Assembly (NCBI GenBank): GCA_947058385.1
Contig: CAMSGQ010000015.1
Coordinates: 7,692-71,691, forward strand
Length of the DNA: 64,000 nt
Source: an uncultured Clostridia bacterium
Lineage (GTDB): Bacteria > Bacillota > Clostridia > Lachnospirales > Lachnospiraceae
Direction: 5' to 3'
The notes beneath the pieces are model-generated. The model was not told the origin of the DNA and searched no databases. It saw nothing but the letters and a program-made list of their open reading frames with translations. Within the stretch, counting starts at the first letter, position 1, and each line of letters starts with the position of its first letter. Positions 1-9,806 of the stretch are shown one piece after another. The position numbers and the translations under genes are program-made.

Positions 1-604
1 ATTCTCCATAGGAAAACAAATAGCGTAAATCACTCAAATCCTCCTCCAAAATAATTTTTTTTGCAAAATCAAAGGAAGGATCACATCCAGCTAAAATCCG
101 CTTTGCATAGATTACATCACTATAATCACTTAAATACCAATAAACTGCATCAAAGATTTCCTTCTGATTTCCTTCCGTTTCAAATAAATTGTAAAGCTCA
201 ATTAACAACTCACAACCAGATACGACTTCCACAAAATTTCCTTCATAAACATCTGCAATTAATGCTCTAAGCTCAGTATAAACAAAAGACAATAATTGAC
301 CATATTCTTTTCCCAACTTTTGCACTGCATAAGTTGGATTTGCATAACTTTTCGAATATTGTTCTGGTAAAATATCATAATATAATTGTGTATTATATGC
401 CTGATATTCTTCAAAAGAAAATTGCTTTAATTCTCCACTTTGTTTCTTTTCCATCAATTCTTTTATCTGTAAAAGAAATCCTGCCATCTGGTAAAAATAA
501 TCTCGAAATGGCTCTTTTATTGTATCTTCCAATCGAATCATTGTAATCCGTTCCATTGATAATTGATAACGTTCTTCTAATAATTCTTTTTCTTCTATTG
601 TCAT
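1..604 (-). CDS. hypothetical protein, N-terminal 201 codons only (3' end beyond window start); possibly a peptidase-like protein
   Basis: Open frame on minus strand from ATG at 604 to window edge (MTIEEKELLEERYQLSMERITMIRLEDTIKEPFRDYF...), not in ORF track because no stop in window; family not recognised with confidence. Confidence 0.45.
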   Translation of the reverse strand, partial: MTIEEKELLEERYQLSMERITMIRLEDTIKEPFRDYFYQMAGFLLQIKELMEKKQSGELKQFSFEEYQAYNTQLYYDILPEQYSKSYANPTYAVQKLGKEYGQLLSFVYTELRALIADVYEGNFVEVVSGCELLIELYNLFETEGNQKEIFDAVYWYLSDYSDVIYAKRILAGCDPSFDFAKKIILEEDLSDLRYLFSYGE

Positions 605-622
605 TCATTCACCCCATTCTTT

Positions 623-973
623 TTATAAACCCAATAAAAAAAGCATCATCATACTAATTAATACTGCTGAATTTCCAATACTTCCTATCCATGAAAACAA
701 AAAGAAAATCTCCTCTTCCTGAAAACTTCGAATTCCAAAATATAAACCATATCCAGAAAGAAAGATTGCAAGAATACCAAGTACACCAACTTCCAATCCT
801 CCTTCCCCTCTATGCTGAAATGAAATCCAAATGGCTGCTGCACAGGCTAAAATAGCCCCAATAGCAAGCAGCGTAGAGAAAATTCCTCCAACTGACTGAC
901 TTTTATCAGAAAATTTATATTTTTTACGATTTCCACTATTTATTTTATTTTTCAATCGGCATCCCTTTTCCAC
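623..973 (-). CDS. small integral membrane protein (3-4 TM)
   Basis: 116 aa, hydrophobic helices (GGIFSTLLAIGAILACAAAIWI, VGVLGILAIFLSGYGLYFGI). Confidence 0.45.
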   Translation of the reverse strand: MEKGCRLKNKINSGNRKKYKFSDKSQSVGGIFSTLLAIGAILACAAAIWISFQHRGEGGLEVGVLGILAIFLSGYGLYFGIRSFQEEEIFFLFSWIGSIGNSAVLISMMMLFLLGL

Positions 974-1421
974 TCCATTTTCTTACATACTGTGCCATCC
1001 AGAAGAGAAGATAACCAAGTATCCCTCCTATCGTATTTAAAAGTAAATCATCCACATCAAAACTTCCTACTTTATAAATAAGCTGTGTTGTTTCAATTAC
1101 TAAACTAAATAGAAAAGTCAGGCAGGTTACGGTATAACAACTTCTAGTACGTATTGCTAAAAATGGAAGAAAAAATCCAAATGGCATAAGTCCTACTATA
1201 TTTCCTGCTAGATTTAATAAAACTGCTGTAAATCCTAATTGTTCTCTATAGTGCCAAAATCGCCAAATTTCCTTAAATAATACCAAATTATAGCGATACG
1301 TTTTATTTATTTCTGTATGAGTTCGGCCAAACATTTCTGCAAACAATAAAAAATATACCAATACAATTAGATAAACTAAAAAAGCTACCCAACCTGCCAG
1401 CTTCCATTCTCTTCGATTCAC
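945..1421 (-). CDS. VanZ-family membrane protein
   Basis: 158 aa, 4 TM, conserved VanZ-like C-terminal motifs (ETTQLIYKVGSFDVDDLLLNTIGGILGY). Confidence 0.6.
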   Translation of the reverse strand: MNRREWKLAGWVAFLVYLIVLVYFLLFAEMFGRTHTEINKTYRYNLVLFKEIWRFWHYREQLGFTAVLLNLAGNIVGLMPFGFFLPFLAIRTRSCYTVTCLTFLFSLVIETTQLIYKVGSFDVDDLLLNTIGGILGYLLFWMAQYVRKWSGKGMPIEK

Positions 1422-1436
1422 ATTCTATCCCCTTTA

Positions 1437-1670
1437 TCAAAATAATATCTTTGATTTATTTTTTAACAAAGAAGCTCCGGCAACAATAGATATAATTCCT
1501 GTTACAATTCCAGTTACCAAAAGAATGACCCCTATTGTAATACTTGCTGCTCCTGCCCTTCCCATTGTTTTATATGCTTCTTCTCCCATATTCCTACTCC
1601 CTTTCCGATTCCATACCTCTAACTGTTTTTGAGCTTGTTCTTTTTCTTCTTGATTTTCTAATTCTTTCAC
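1437..1670 (-). CDS. small membrane-anchored protein with charged coiled N-terminus
   Basis: 77 aa, KE-rich N-term then TM (ITIGVILLVTGIVTGIISIVAGASLL). Confidence 0.4.
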   Translation of the reverse strand: MKELENQEEKEQAQKQLEVWNRKGSRNMGEEAYKTMGRAGAASITIGVILLVTGIVTGIISIVAGASLLKNKSKILF

Positions 1671-1688
1671 TTTCTACCACTTACTTTC

Positions 1689-2366
1689 TTACTTTAATGC
1701 ACCATACTTTTGATAATAAGCATCAATTGCTGTTTTTATAGTATCGTCGATAATAATCGTTCCTTTATATGGACGATTATAAAGATACTCCATCACTTCT
1801 TCCATCGTTACAATTGCTGTTGTCTCCATCTCATACGTATCCTGAATTTCTGCTAGTGCACTCTTTTCTCCATGCCCACGTTCCATTCTATCTACAGAAA
1901 CTACCAAACCAATAATTTGAATATCGCCTTGTGCTTTTACAATTGGAAGTGTTTCCTGAATTGAAGTTCCAGCTGTTGTAACATCTTCAATAATCAAAAC
2001 ACGATCTCCATCACAGATTGGACTTCCCAGTAAAATCCCAGTATCTCCATGATCTTTTGCTTCTTTTCGGTTGGAACAATAACGAATATCTACCTGATAC
2101 AATTCACTAATTTCCATTGCTGTTGCAACAGAAAGTGGAATCCCCTTATAAGCTGGTCCAAACAATATATCAAACTCCAATCCAAACTTATCTTGAATCG
2201 CCTTAGCATAAAATTCACCTAATTTTTTTAACTGTGCACCTGTACGATAAAATCCCGTATTAATAAAAAATGGCGTCTTTCTACCACTCTTAGTAACAAA
2301 ATCACCAAATTTCAAAACGCCACAATCCACCATAAATCCGATAAAATCCTGCTTATACTGTTCCAT
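1689..2366 (-). CDS. pyrE: orotate phosphoribosyltransferase
   Basis: Near-colinear with E. coli-type PyrE: VLKFGDFVTKSGRKTPFFINTGF, LFGPAYKGIPL, CSNRKEAKDHGDTG, PRPP motif VLIIEDVTTAGTSI. Confidence 0.9.
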   Translation of the reverse strand: MEQYKQDFIGFMVDCGVLKFGDFVTKSGRKTPFFINTGFYRTGAQLKKLGEFYAKAIQDKFGLEFDILFGPAYKGIPLSVATAMEISELYQVDIRYCSNRKEAKDHGDTGILLGSPICDGDRVLIIEDVTTAGTSIQETLPIVKAQGDIQIIGLVVSVDRMERGHGEKSALAEIQDTYEMETTAIVTMEEVMEYLYNRPYKGTIIIDDTIKTAIDAYYQKYGALK

Positions 2367-2530
2367 ATGTCTATACTCCTTATTTTTTTGGCTTTTAACA
2401 GCCTATTTTACATTTTTATGTTATTTTACTTTCTATTATTTTTATTGGTTTGCAATTTCATCGTTTTTTAGTATAGCATTATCTTTTTTAATATTCAAGG
2501 GTTATTAATAACTTCTTTCATAATTTTACC

Positions 2531-3310
2531 TTATTTTAAAATATTCATTTCTTTTTCATAAGCATTACAAATCTCTTCTGCCTTTCCCTGCATCATAATT
2601 TCCCCCTTCTTCATCCATACTGCATGGGTGCAAAGCTTTTTTACTTCATTCAAATTATGGGAAACATACAATAATGTAGTTCCCCTTTTTAGCATCTCAT
2701 TCATCCGTTCTTCACATTTTTTACGAAATTTCATATCTCCCACTGCTAATATTTCATCTACAATTAAAATTTCTGGCTTTACCATAGTAGCAACTGCAAA
2801 TCCCAACCTAGCTTTCATACCAGAAGAATAATTTTTAATTGGGGAATCTAAAAAATCTTCTAACTCTGCAAATGCTACAATTTCATCAAAATGTTCTTTC
2901 ATATATTTTTCTGTATGCCCTAACACACAGCCATTTAAAAATATATTTTCACGTGCAGTCATGTTTCCATCCAACCCTGCCCCTAGTTCAATCAAAGGTG
3001 CCACACTGCCATTGACTTGAATCTTTCCCCGATATGGTTTTATAATTCCACTAATTGCCTTTAGTAAAGTTGATTTCCCTGAACCATTTGCGCCAATAAT
3101 TCCCCAAGCTTCCCCAGTATAAACCTGAAAACTAACATCTTTTACTGCAAGAAACTCCTGAAATAAAAGTTCCTTTTTTATCACCTTTATGATATATTCT
3201 TTTAAGTTATCTATTTTTTGATTTGCCAAATTAAATCGAATTGTCACATGACTGACATCAATTTTAACCGAATGATTTCTCATCTTTTTCCCTCCATACA
3301 ATCTTAGCAC
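2531..3310 (-). CDS. ABC transporter ATP-binding protein, TagH/Wzt-like polysaccharide/teichoic acid exporter
   Basis: Walker A GANGSGKSTLLK, signature YSSGMKARL, Walker B ILIVDEILAVGD; adjacent ABC-2 permease. Confidence 0.8.
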   Translation of the reverse strand: MLRLYGGKKMRNHSVKIDVSHVTIRFNLANQKIDNLKEYIIKVIKKELLFQEFLAVKDVSFQVYTGEAWGIIGANGSGKSTLLKAISGIIKPYRGKIQVNGSVAPLIELGAGLDGNMTARENIFLNGCVLGHTEKYMKEHFDEIVAFAELEDFLDSPIKNYSSGMKARLGFAVATMVKPEILIVDEILAVGDMKFRKKCEERMNEMLKRGTTLLYVSHNLNEVKKLCTHAVWMKKGEIMMQGKAEEICNAYEKEMNILK

Positions 3311-3311
3311 T

Positions 3312-4100
3312 TTAGATATATAAAATAAATTTATCTTGATTTCTTAAAAAAGAAAAAACTCCAATTCCAAGCATAAGAACAGAAGTAACACATCCTGCAA
3401 GAATAATTAAATTTCCAGGTATCCTACCATAATACATTAAGTCTCGAAACTGTCCAATATAAAAATACATAGGATTGAAATGTTTAATAAACCATTGCAT
3501 TTTATCCGATAAAGAATCAATTGGATAAAAAATTGGAGTTAAATACATCCAAGCAGTTGTTAATGCCCCATAAATGTATTGAATATCTCGAAAAAATACA
3601 TTTGCTTGTGCTAAAAATAAACCAAGTCCAAGGCAAAAAATATACAACTGAATAGCGACAAATGGTACCAATAAATTATACCAGCTAAACTGTGCTTTTG
3701 TTACAATCATAACAACAAGTAATGCTCCAATGGAAAAGAAAAAATCCACTAATCCACTTGTTATCTTAGAAAAAGTAAAAATATATTTTGGGACATAAGC
3801 TTTCTTTAAAAATGCAGCATTTCCATCAATTGAAGATAGGGCTTGATGTGTTGACTGATTCATAAAATTAAACATCACTTGTCCAGTAAACAAATACACT
3901 GGAAAATTTTCTATATCTCTTTGAAACATAGTGGAAAATACAACTGTCATTACTATCATAATCATAAGTGGATTTAAAATACTCCATAAATATCCTAATA
4001 CACTTCTTCGATATTTCAATTTAATATCTCTTAAAACTAATTGTTTCAACAGATCTTTATAACGTAAAAAAATTAAAATACGTTTATAATACTTTTCCAT
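3312..4100 (-). CDS. ABC-2 type transporter permease (TagG/Wzm-like)
   Basis: Start moved to MEKYYKR (internal M of 312-aa ORF) giving typical ~260 aa; 6 TM; N-term LVLRDIKLKYRRSVLGYLWSILNP typical of Wzm/TagG. Confidence 0.7.
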   Translation of the reverse strand: MEKYYKRILIFLRYKDLLKQLVLRDIKLKYRRSVLGYLWSILNPLMIMIVMTVVFSTMFQRDIENFPVYLFTGQVMFNFMNQSTHQALSSIDGNAAFLKKAYVPKYIFTFSKITSGLVDFFFSIGALLVVMIVTKAQFSWYNLLVPFVAIQLYIFCLGLGLFLAQANVFFRDIQYIYGALTTAWMYLTPIFYPIDSLSDKMQWFIKHFNPMYFYIGQFRDLMYYGRIPGNLIILAGCVTSVLMLGIGVFSFLRNQDKFILYI

Positions 4101-4177
4101 AAAATTCAACAAGCACAACAACTTTAGCAGAAGAAGTGCTATCCTCCTTTTCCTTTGCATTACAACTAATTGACGCC

Positions 4178-5269
4178 TTATCCAATCCTTTGAAGCATAT
4201 ATTTTTTTGTTGGTTTTTCTATCATAAGATTCATCATAACAGCAAAGCAAATGTTTAAAATAAAAGAAAAAAGAAAAATAAGAAAAAAATTTTTCTCTTT
4301 TATTATCCCATTTTTTATTCCTAAAGTCACAATTCGATTCGCTAATGTCTGTGTCAAATAAAAACTATATTGTAAAGAAGATGCCCACTGAACCAGTTTA
4401 CCCCCCCAAGTTGTACGAGATTTAAAATTAAATTGTGTCATAAATAAAATCAAAATTCCAATATATGGAACTACAATAAAATTATATTGTGTATAATTTC
4501 CTTTTAAAATCTCAAAATACTGATTTACTGCCACAATAAAAAATATCGTAGCAATACTTACTGTAAAACAATTACACCATCTCTCTTTTTCTTTTCTTTT
4601 CAAAAACCATTCAGCCAATAACATCCCTATTACAAATTCTGGTAATCGTATTAAAAAATTAGTATAGTAACTTGCCATACTGCCACCAAACAAAAACTGC
4701 ATCAATCCATGATAAACACTAAGAAAATAACAAATTGCAAAACCAACAATAAAACAATATTTTTTATGTACTACTATTTTCTTTAAAATTATACTAATTA
4801 ATGGAAACAAAAAATATAAAAAAACCATTACTGATATAAACCAAGTTCCCCCATTTCCACAAATATTAAACGTGGTTGGAAAAAAAGTTTGTAAACAAAA
4901 AAATTCACATCCAAGTATAGCAAATACCTTTGGCAATGTATCAGGAAAAGATAATCGAAAACTAAAAATAATCATCAAAAACACAAAATAGGCAGGATAA
5001 ATACAAAAGAATCTTTTCCTATAAAACTTCTTTAAATTATTTTTATCTGAAAAATCGGTTTCTCGATAATGATATTGTAATACAAAACCAGATAACATAA
5101 AAAATCCTACCATAAAGATTGCTCCAACTGAAATAACACGATCCACCATTTCAATTACTATATTTCCATTTAAATGAATACTAAAATGAATGGAAAGATG
5201 AAAAAATGCTATTATCAATGCAAAAATAATTCTCAGCAAATCTAATCCTATCAATTTTTTCATAAACAA
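4178..5269 (-). CDS. acyltransferase family 3 (membrane O-acyltransferase)
   Basis: 363 aa polytopic; N-term LDLLRIIFALIIAFFHLSIH characteristic of Acyl_transf_3. Confidence 0.65.
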   Translation of the reverse strand: MFMKKLIGLDLLRIIFALIIAFFHLSIHFSIHLNGNIVIEMVDRVISVGAIFMVGFFMLSGFVLQYHYRETDFSDKNNLKKFYRKRFFCIYPAYFVFLMIIFSFRLSFPDTLPKVFAILGCEFFCLQTFFPTTFNICGNGGTWFISVMVFLYFLFPLISIILKKIVVHKKYCFIVGFAICYFLSVYHGLMQFLFGGSMASYYTNFLIRLPEFVIGMLLAEWFLKRKEKERWCNCFTVSIATIFFIVAVNQYFEILKGNYTQYNFIVVPYIGILILFMTQFNFKSRTTWGGKLVQWASSLQYSFYLTQTLANRIVTLGIKNGIIKEKNFFLIFLFSFILNICFAVMMNLMIEKPTKKYMLQRIG

Positions 5270-7944
5270 AAATCCCTCTCTTTTATTCCAATTTTCTCAC
5301 AGACACTACTATATATATTTTGCGCTGCATTTTTATGATTTGGAGGAATTAAATATTTTTGTATAAATAAACTTCTCTCTTGATATTTTATATCATTTCC
5401 ATTTATTACAACATCCTCAATAAAAGAACAAATTTCCTCTTTTAAATTCTCTTTTGCATGATACAATATTTCATAATTTTCCTTTCCGTATTCATTCATC
5501 CACACTCTAGCATTTCTTCCCACTGTAAACAACGCTGGTTTATTTACAGCCGTATATTCTCCTATAAATGAAATACTATCAAATATCATTGCATCTGATG
5601 TTAAAAATAAATCAATAAATTCTCCCTCTTCTAACTGTCCATTTTCAAGTTCTGCCCATTTCTGATAATATTCTTCCATTGTTTCCTTTCCCCACCGTTT
5701 TTCCAACTTTGGTTTTAACATAGGATGGGGCTTAAATGCGATCTGTATCTCATCTTTATATTTCTCTGCTATCTCAAACATAATATTTTTTAATTCATAA
5801 AAAGCATCAAATTGATATTGCCAAGCAGGAGTATTATCTTCATGATGGGGTGCCCATATAATACGCTTTTTTCTTTTTTCACTTTTTTTCCATCCATCAA
5901 CGGGCTGATATCCTTTTTCCCAAATTACATCTAATTTTGGAGAACCTGATACAATTACATTTTTTCCTTTATTGCTCATTTCTTGTTCTGCAATTTTTTT
6001 ATGAATTGGTGTGGCTAAAAAAAATCCATCTACCAGATTATTTAATTCAAAATTCATTGCTCGTTTATCCTCCGCCACATAAAACCCGTATGGTACAAGA
6101 AATGTCATTTTATCAGAAAACTTGGTAATATAGAAATTATTTTGAAAATGAGGCTTCCAAAATTTTGTATAAAATATAATGTCTGGATTAAGCTCCTTTC
6201 TAACATCGAAAAATCTATCTGTTTCCTTATCATATCCTTTTACTACTCGATATCCTTGTCTTTCTAACTCTTGATAGGTCTCTTCATGATAAGCAATCAT
6301 TGCTTCTTTTCCCTGTGAAACAAACGGTTTTATAACTACAAACGGCTTAAACTCTTTGCTTTGTTCAAATATATGATAGAGTTCTCCAAACAACCAACAA
6401 CTAATTCGAGATACAAAAAGACAGACAACAATTTTTTCCCCTTTTTTCCACTTATCCACTAAAGCTTTATGGCTTTTCTTTTTTCTTATAGAAAAATCCC
6501 TCTTTCCCTTTTCTATCCGCAATTTTTGCCAAACTTTTTTCCATTTATTTTTCAATAAAAATTCGATCCGTAAATTTTCATTTACCAATCGAAGCTTTGC
6601 TATATGGATTCGAAACAAATATAGTCCATATTCTCCTTTTCCTTTTTTTGAAACCCGAACCAAATCATGACGGCTAATTGCAAATTTTTTTTTCTTTAAA
6701 ACAGGATTTTTCTTTCCTACTTTTTTATTAGCAGGATCTTCATCCGAAAATAATTCCAATTCTCCTAGTTCATCACTATGTAAATCCAATAAGGTAAACT
6801 CTTCTAATCTACGTAACACATGCCGAAACCGATACCCTTGTTCAATCGCCTCATTTGAAGCGGAAACAATTTCACAACGTCTGCTTTCATCTGATAGTAA
6901 AATCTTACACTTCTCTCTTAATTCCATTTCAGAAGAAAAGGTAGGTAACTTTACTTTAGGAAAATAATTACGAATATCTGCCTTTTCCTCTGTCATCAAA
7001 CATGCTCCAGATGCCATAATATCACAAACCCGAAAAGAAAACCCATTTTGCGCTTGGATATGATTAGTACTTAAAGAAATCTTAGAATGATTATAAAAAT
7101 CCTCATTTTCTTTTAAAGTCAAGACAGAAGTTCTATTATAACATAATTCTACTTCTGGAAAATACTTCATACAATCAATATTCCAATAAGCCCCCCTTAT
7201 TTCTAAATCCAAATCAACAATACTTCTTAAATAATTAATTCTCCTTAATCCACTAATTTCATGTGCAGCTCGATTCAAGTCTCCCAAATTAAGTGATTTT
7301 TGTGGTTGCATATGTCCTTGATAAATAATTTCATGACTTGGATAAAAAGGAAGTTCTGTAAATTTTTTAATGACATTTTTTGCTATTTTTATATCTTCTT
7401 CCGAAGGATTTCTCTGCAAAAATTCATGTGAAAAATTATATCCTTTCCATAACCAATTTGTTCCTAAAAAACTAATATTATGTGTTTTTTCTATCTCTAT
7501 ATGTTGAATTTCTGTAAAAAAAGGAATCAAACAGATCTGATTTTCTTTTACCTCAAATATCTCCTGTAACAATTCCTGACCAGCTGTTTGATTTACAACA
7601 AATAAATATCGATCCAAATTTTCTTTCAAAAAATTTTTCCCTTTATACAATAAGGGAGAATCCACATCATATATCACAATTGGACAATCTACAATTTGAG
7701 AAATATCCCAGAAATTATTACAAAATAAAACACATAAATCTGGACAAAACGCAATTAGCTTTTCCTTATACTCATTTGGTATTTGACCCTTAAATTCTCT
7801 TCCAACTGTCTTGTGTTGATAACACAAAACATTATTCCCTGCATCCTGTAACCCTTTTAAAAAAGCTTCAAAAAAAGGAGGCATAGCATTAAAGTCTTCT
7901 TTTCTTCTTCCAAAATTATATAGTGCAATAAATACATTTGCCAT
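5260..7944 (-). CDS. fusion protein: CgeB-like glycosyltransferase domain + CDP-glycerol glycerophosphotransferase (TagF/TagB-like) domain
   Basis: ORF 5260..8046 (928 aa); start probably MANVFIALYNFG at 7944 (avoids overlap with upstream SDR). N-half FSFRVCDIMASGACLMTEE (CgeB/GT1-like); C-half FLVPYGFYVAEDK...IIWAPHHE...FKPHPM (Glyphos_transf-like). Confidence 0.6.
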   Translation of the reverse strand: MANVFIALYNFGRRKEDFNAMPPFFEAFLKGLQDAGNNVLCYQHKTVGREFKGQIPNEYKEKLIAFCPDLCVLFCNNFWDISQIVDCPIVIYDVDSPLLYKGKNFLKENLDRYLFVVNQTAGQELLQEIFEVKENQICLIPFFTEIQHIEIEKTHNISFLGTNWLWKGYNFSHEFLQRNPSEEDIKIAKNVIKKFTELPFYPSHEIIYQGHMQPQKSLNLGDLNRAAHEISGLRRINYLRSIVDLDLEIRGAYWNIDCMKYFPEVELCYNRTSVLTLKENEDFYNHSKISLSTNHIQAQNGFSFRVCDIMASGACLMTEEKADIRNYFPKVKLPTFSSEMELREKCKILLSDESRRCEIVSASNEAIEQGYRFRHVLRRLEEFTLLDLHSDELGELELFSDEDPANKKVGKKNPVLKKKKFAISRHDLVRVSKKGKGEYGLYLFRIHIAKLRLVNENLRIEFLLKNKWKKVWQKLRIEKGKRDFSIRKKKSHKALVDKWKKGEKIVVCLFVSRISCWLFGELYHIFEQSKEFKPFVVIKPFVSQGKEAMIAYHEETYQELERQGYRVVKGYDKETDRFFDVRKELNPDIIFYTKFWKPHFQNNFYITKFSDKMTFLVPYGFYVAEDKRAMNFELNNLVDGFFLATPIHKKIAEQEMSNKGKNVIVSGSPKLDVIWEKGYQPVDGWKKSEKRKKRIIWAPHHEDNTPAWQYQFDAFYELKNIMFEIAEKYKDEIQIAFKPHPMLKPKLEKRWGKETMEEYYQKWAELENGQLEEGEFIDLFLTSDAMIFDSISFIGEYTAVNKPALFTVGRNARVWMNEYGKENYEILYHAKENLKEEICSFIEDVVINGNDIKYQERSLFIQKYLIPPNHKNAAQNIYSSVCEKIGIKERDFCL

Positions 7945-7990
7945 ACAATCCACCTCAAACCAATTATTATTTTTTACTAAAACTTCAAAT

Positions 7991-9058
7991 TCATAAAATT
8001 CTTGAAACAACATTCCCCTCTTCCAATATTTGAATCGTCCTAACAATTGCTTCTTCTATCCCAAACTGAGCCCTCCATCCAAGTGCTTCTAATTTATCCG
8101 TTGAAAGAACTGCACAATTCATTTTATTTTGATATTCTTCCCCCTGCTTCTCTCTTTCCATTCTCACTAATACCCCTGCCTTTAACGCAATTTTTTCTGC
8201 AAACTCCCGAATCGATACCCGATTGCTCATATTCGAAACATTATAAACCTCTCCATCCACTCCTTTTGTTAATAAGCTACAAATTCCACTCACACTGTCA
8301 CTCACATAACAATACGACCGAATCTGCTTTCCCTCTGTATGTAACACAATATCTTGTTTTTCCACTGCTTTCTTTATAAATACCGCATGAATCCGACTAT
8401 CTTTTATCTGAAACGTAGAACCAAATGTATGTGATAGCCTTGCAATTACAATTGGAATATTCCACTGTTTAAAATAAGCCATACATAAATTTTCAGCTGC
8501 CCTTTTACTAACTGGATATGCATTCCTTACACAACGACTATCCATATATCCGCTTTCTTCTTCCTTCCAAGCAAACCCATTCTCTCCCGTTTCTTCTCCA
8601 ATCCCATACACTTCTCCAGTCGATATATAAATCATTTTTTCCTTAACAAACTCACGGGCATATCTTAAAAGATAAACTGCACTAAGCAAGTTTCCTTCTG
8701 CTGTTTCAACTGGACTTTCTTGAAACTTTTTTGGATCTGCATTACCTGCTAAATGAATGAGATAATCCACTTCTACTTGAAAAGAAATCTCCTCTTTTGC
8801 ATCATAAGGCAAAAAAGAAATATATTCTTTTTCTCCAAACCTTTGCTTTATTTTCTCTTTCTCTCTGCCACATAAGAATAACTGACAATGATACTGATAT
8901 GCTTCATTTAGATAAATCAACACATCCACGAAATGTGATCCAATACTTCCTGTTGCCCCTGTTATAAGAAAACTTTTTCCATATAATTGGCTGACTGATA
9001 AAATATTTTTTTTCACTGTCTCTAAATCTTCTCTATATAATTCACTCCAATTCTCCAT
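7991..9058 (-). CDS. NAD(P)-dependent SDR-family epimerase/dehydratase/reductase (candidate reductase half of a split Bcs1-type CDP-ribitol synthase)
   Basis: Rossmann ITGATGSIGSHFVDVL, catalytic Y..K region (YPVSKRAAE). Confidence 0.7.
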   Translation of the reverse strand: MENWSELYREDLETVKKNILSVSQLYGKSFLITGATGSIGSHFVDVLIYLNEAYQYHCQLFLCGREKEKIKQRFGEKEYISFLPYDAKEEISFQVEVDYLIHLAGNADPKKFQESPVETAEGNLLSAVYLLRYAREFVKEKMIYISTGEVYGIGEETGENGFAWKEEESGYMDSRCVRNAYPVSKRAAENLCMAYFKQWNIPIVIARLSHTFGSTFQIKDSRIHAVFIKKAVEKQDIVLHTEGKQIRSYCYVSDSVSGICSLLTKGVDGEVYNVSNMSNRVSIREFAEKIALKAGVLVRMEREKQGEEYQNKMNCAVLSTDKLEALGWRAQFGIEEAIVRTIQILEEGNVVSRIL

Positions 9059-9083
9059 TTTATAGTTTCTCCAATCTTTTCTT

Positions 9084-9794
9084 TTATTTTAACCAGCCAG
9101 CCTTTTTCTCTGTTAATAACGCTTTAAAAATTTCAATATCTTCCACAGTTGTTAATTTAATATTTTTTTCTGATCCCAATGACAAATATAATTTTTCTCC
9201 AAGCTCTACAAACATTGTACAAGTCGCAATCGAAGAAAAAATTCCCTGTTTTAATGCCTCTTTATGTGCCCAAACTAGTTTCCCCAATGTAGCCGCCTGT
9301 GGAGTCTGTGTTCTTTTCAAATTATCACGTGGTACTTGTACCTCTGATGTACTACCATCTTTCGTCTTTAACATCGCTTCTGCACAGGGAATAACAGAAA
9401 CAGCATTTCCAAACTGTGTACATACCCTAATACAATCCGAAATAATCTCTTCTGACACCATTGGCCGAATCGCATCATGAATTAAAACAATATCTTCCTC
9501 TTTATGAATTTTTTTTATCTCATTAATCCCATTTCGAATTGACTCTTGTCCATTTTCTCCACCAGATACAATGCTTTCTAATTTATCTATTCCAAACTGC
9601 TTACAATAAGCTCTTAGTATTTCATGCCATCCTTCCAAGCATACTACTACAATACTATCAATATTGGGATGTTTTTGAAATGCTTCTAAAGTATAAATAA
9701 TCACTGGTTTATCATAGACATTTAAAAACTGTTTTGGAATATCTTGGTGCATCCGTTGCCCAGAACCTCCTGCAATTACTAACGCAATATTCAT
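9084..9794 (-). CDS. IspD/TarI-family cytidylyltransferase (likely ribitol-5-phosphate cytidylyltransferase)
   Basis: 236 aa, N-term LVIAGGSGQRM...PKQF typical of IspD/TarI. Confidence 0.75.
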   Translation of the reverse strand: MNIALVIAGGSGQRMHQDIPKQFLNVYDKPVIIYTLEAFQKHPNIDSIVVVCLEGWHEILRAYCKQFGIDKLESIVSGGENGQESIRNGINEIKKIHKEEDIVLIHDAIRPMVSEEIISDCIRVCTQFGNAVSVIPCAEAMLKTKDGSTSEVQVPRDNLKRTQTPQAATLGKLVWAHKEALKQGIFSSIATCTMFVELGEKLYLSLGSEKNIKLTTVEDIEIFKALLTEKKAGWLK

Positions 9795-9806
9795 CTTTTT
9801 CTCTCC

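Noticed and set aside
4101-4250. N-terminal extension of ABC-2 permease ORF overlapping the acyltransferase gene
   Set aside because: Canonical Wzm/TagG N-terminus begins at internal MEKYYKR; extension is Cys/Leu-rich and overlaps the upstream gene by 73 nt
8047-8379. 110-aa plus-strand ORF (plus similar antisense ORFs at 9890..10348, 12801..13085, 21594..21956, 48627..49157, 62038..62589)
   Set aside because: Lie entirely antisense within well-supported minus-strand genes, low-complexity L/F/S-rich translations typical of AT-rich antisense frames
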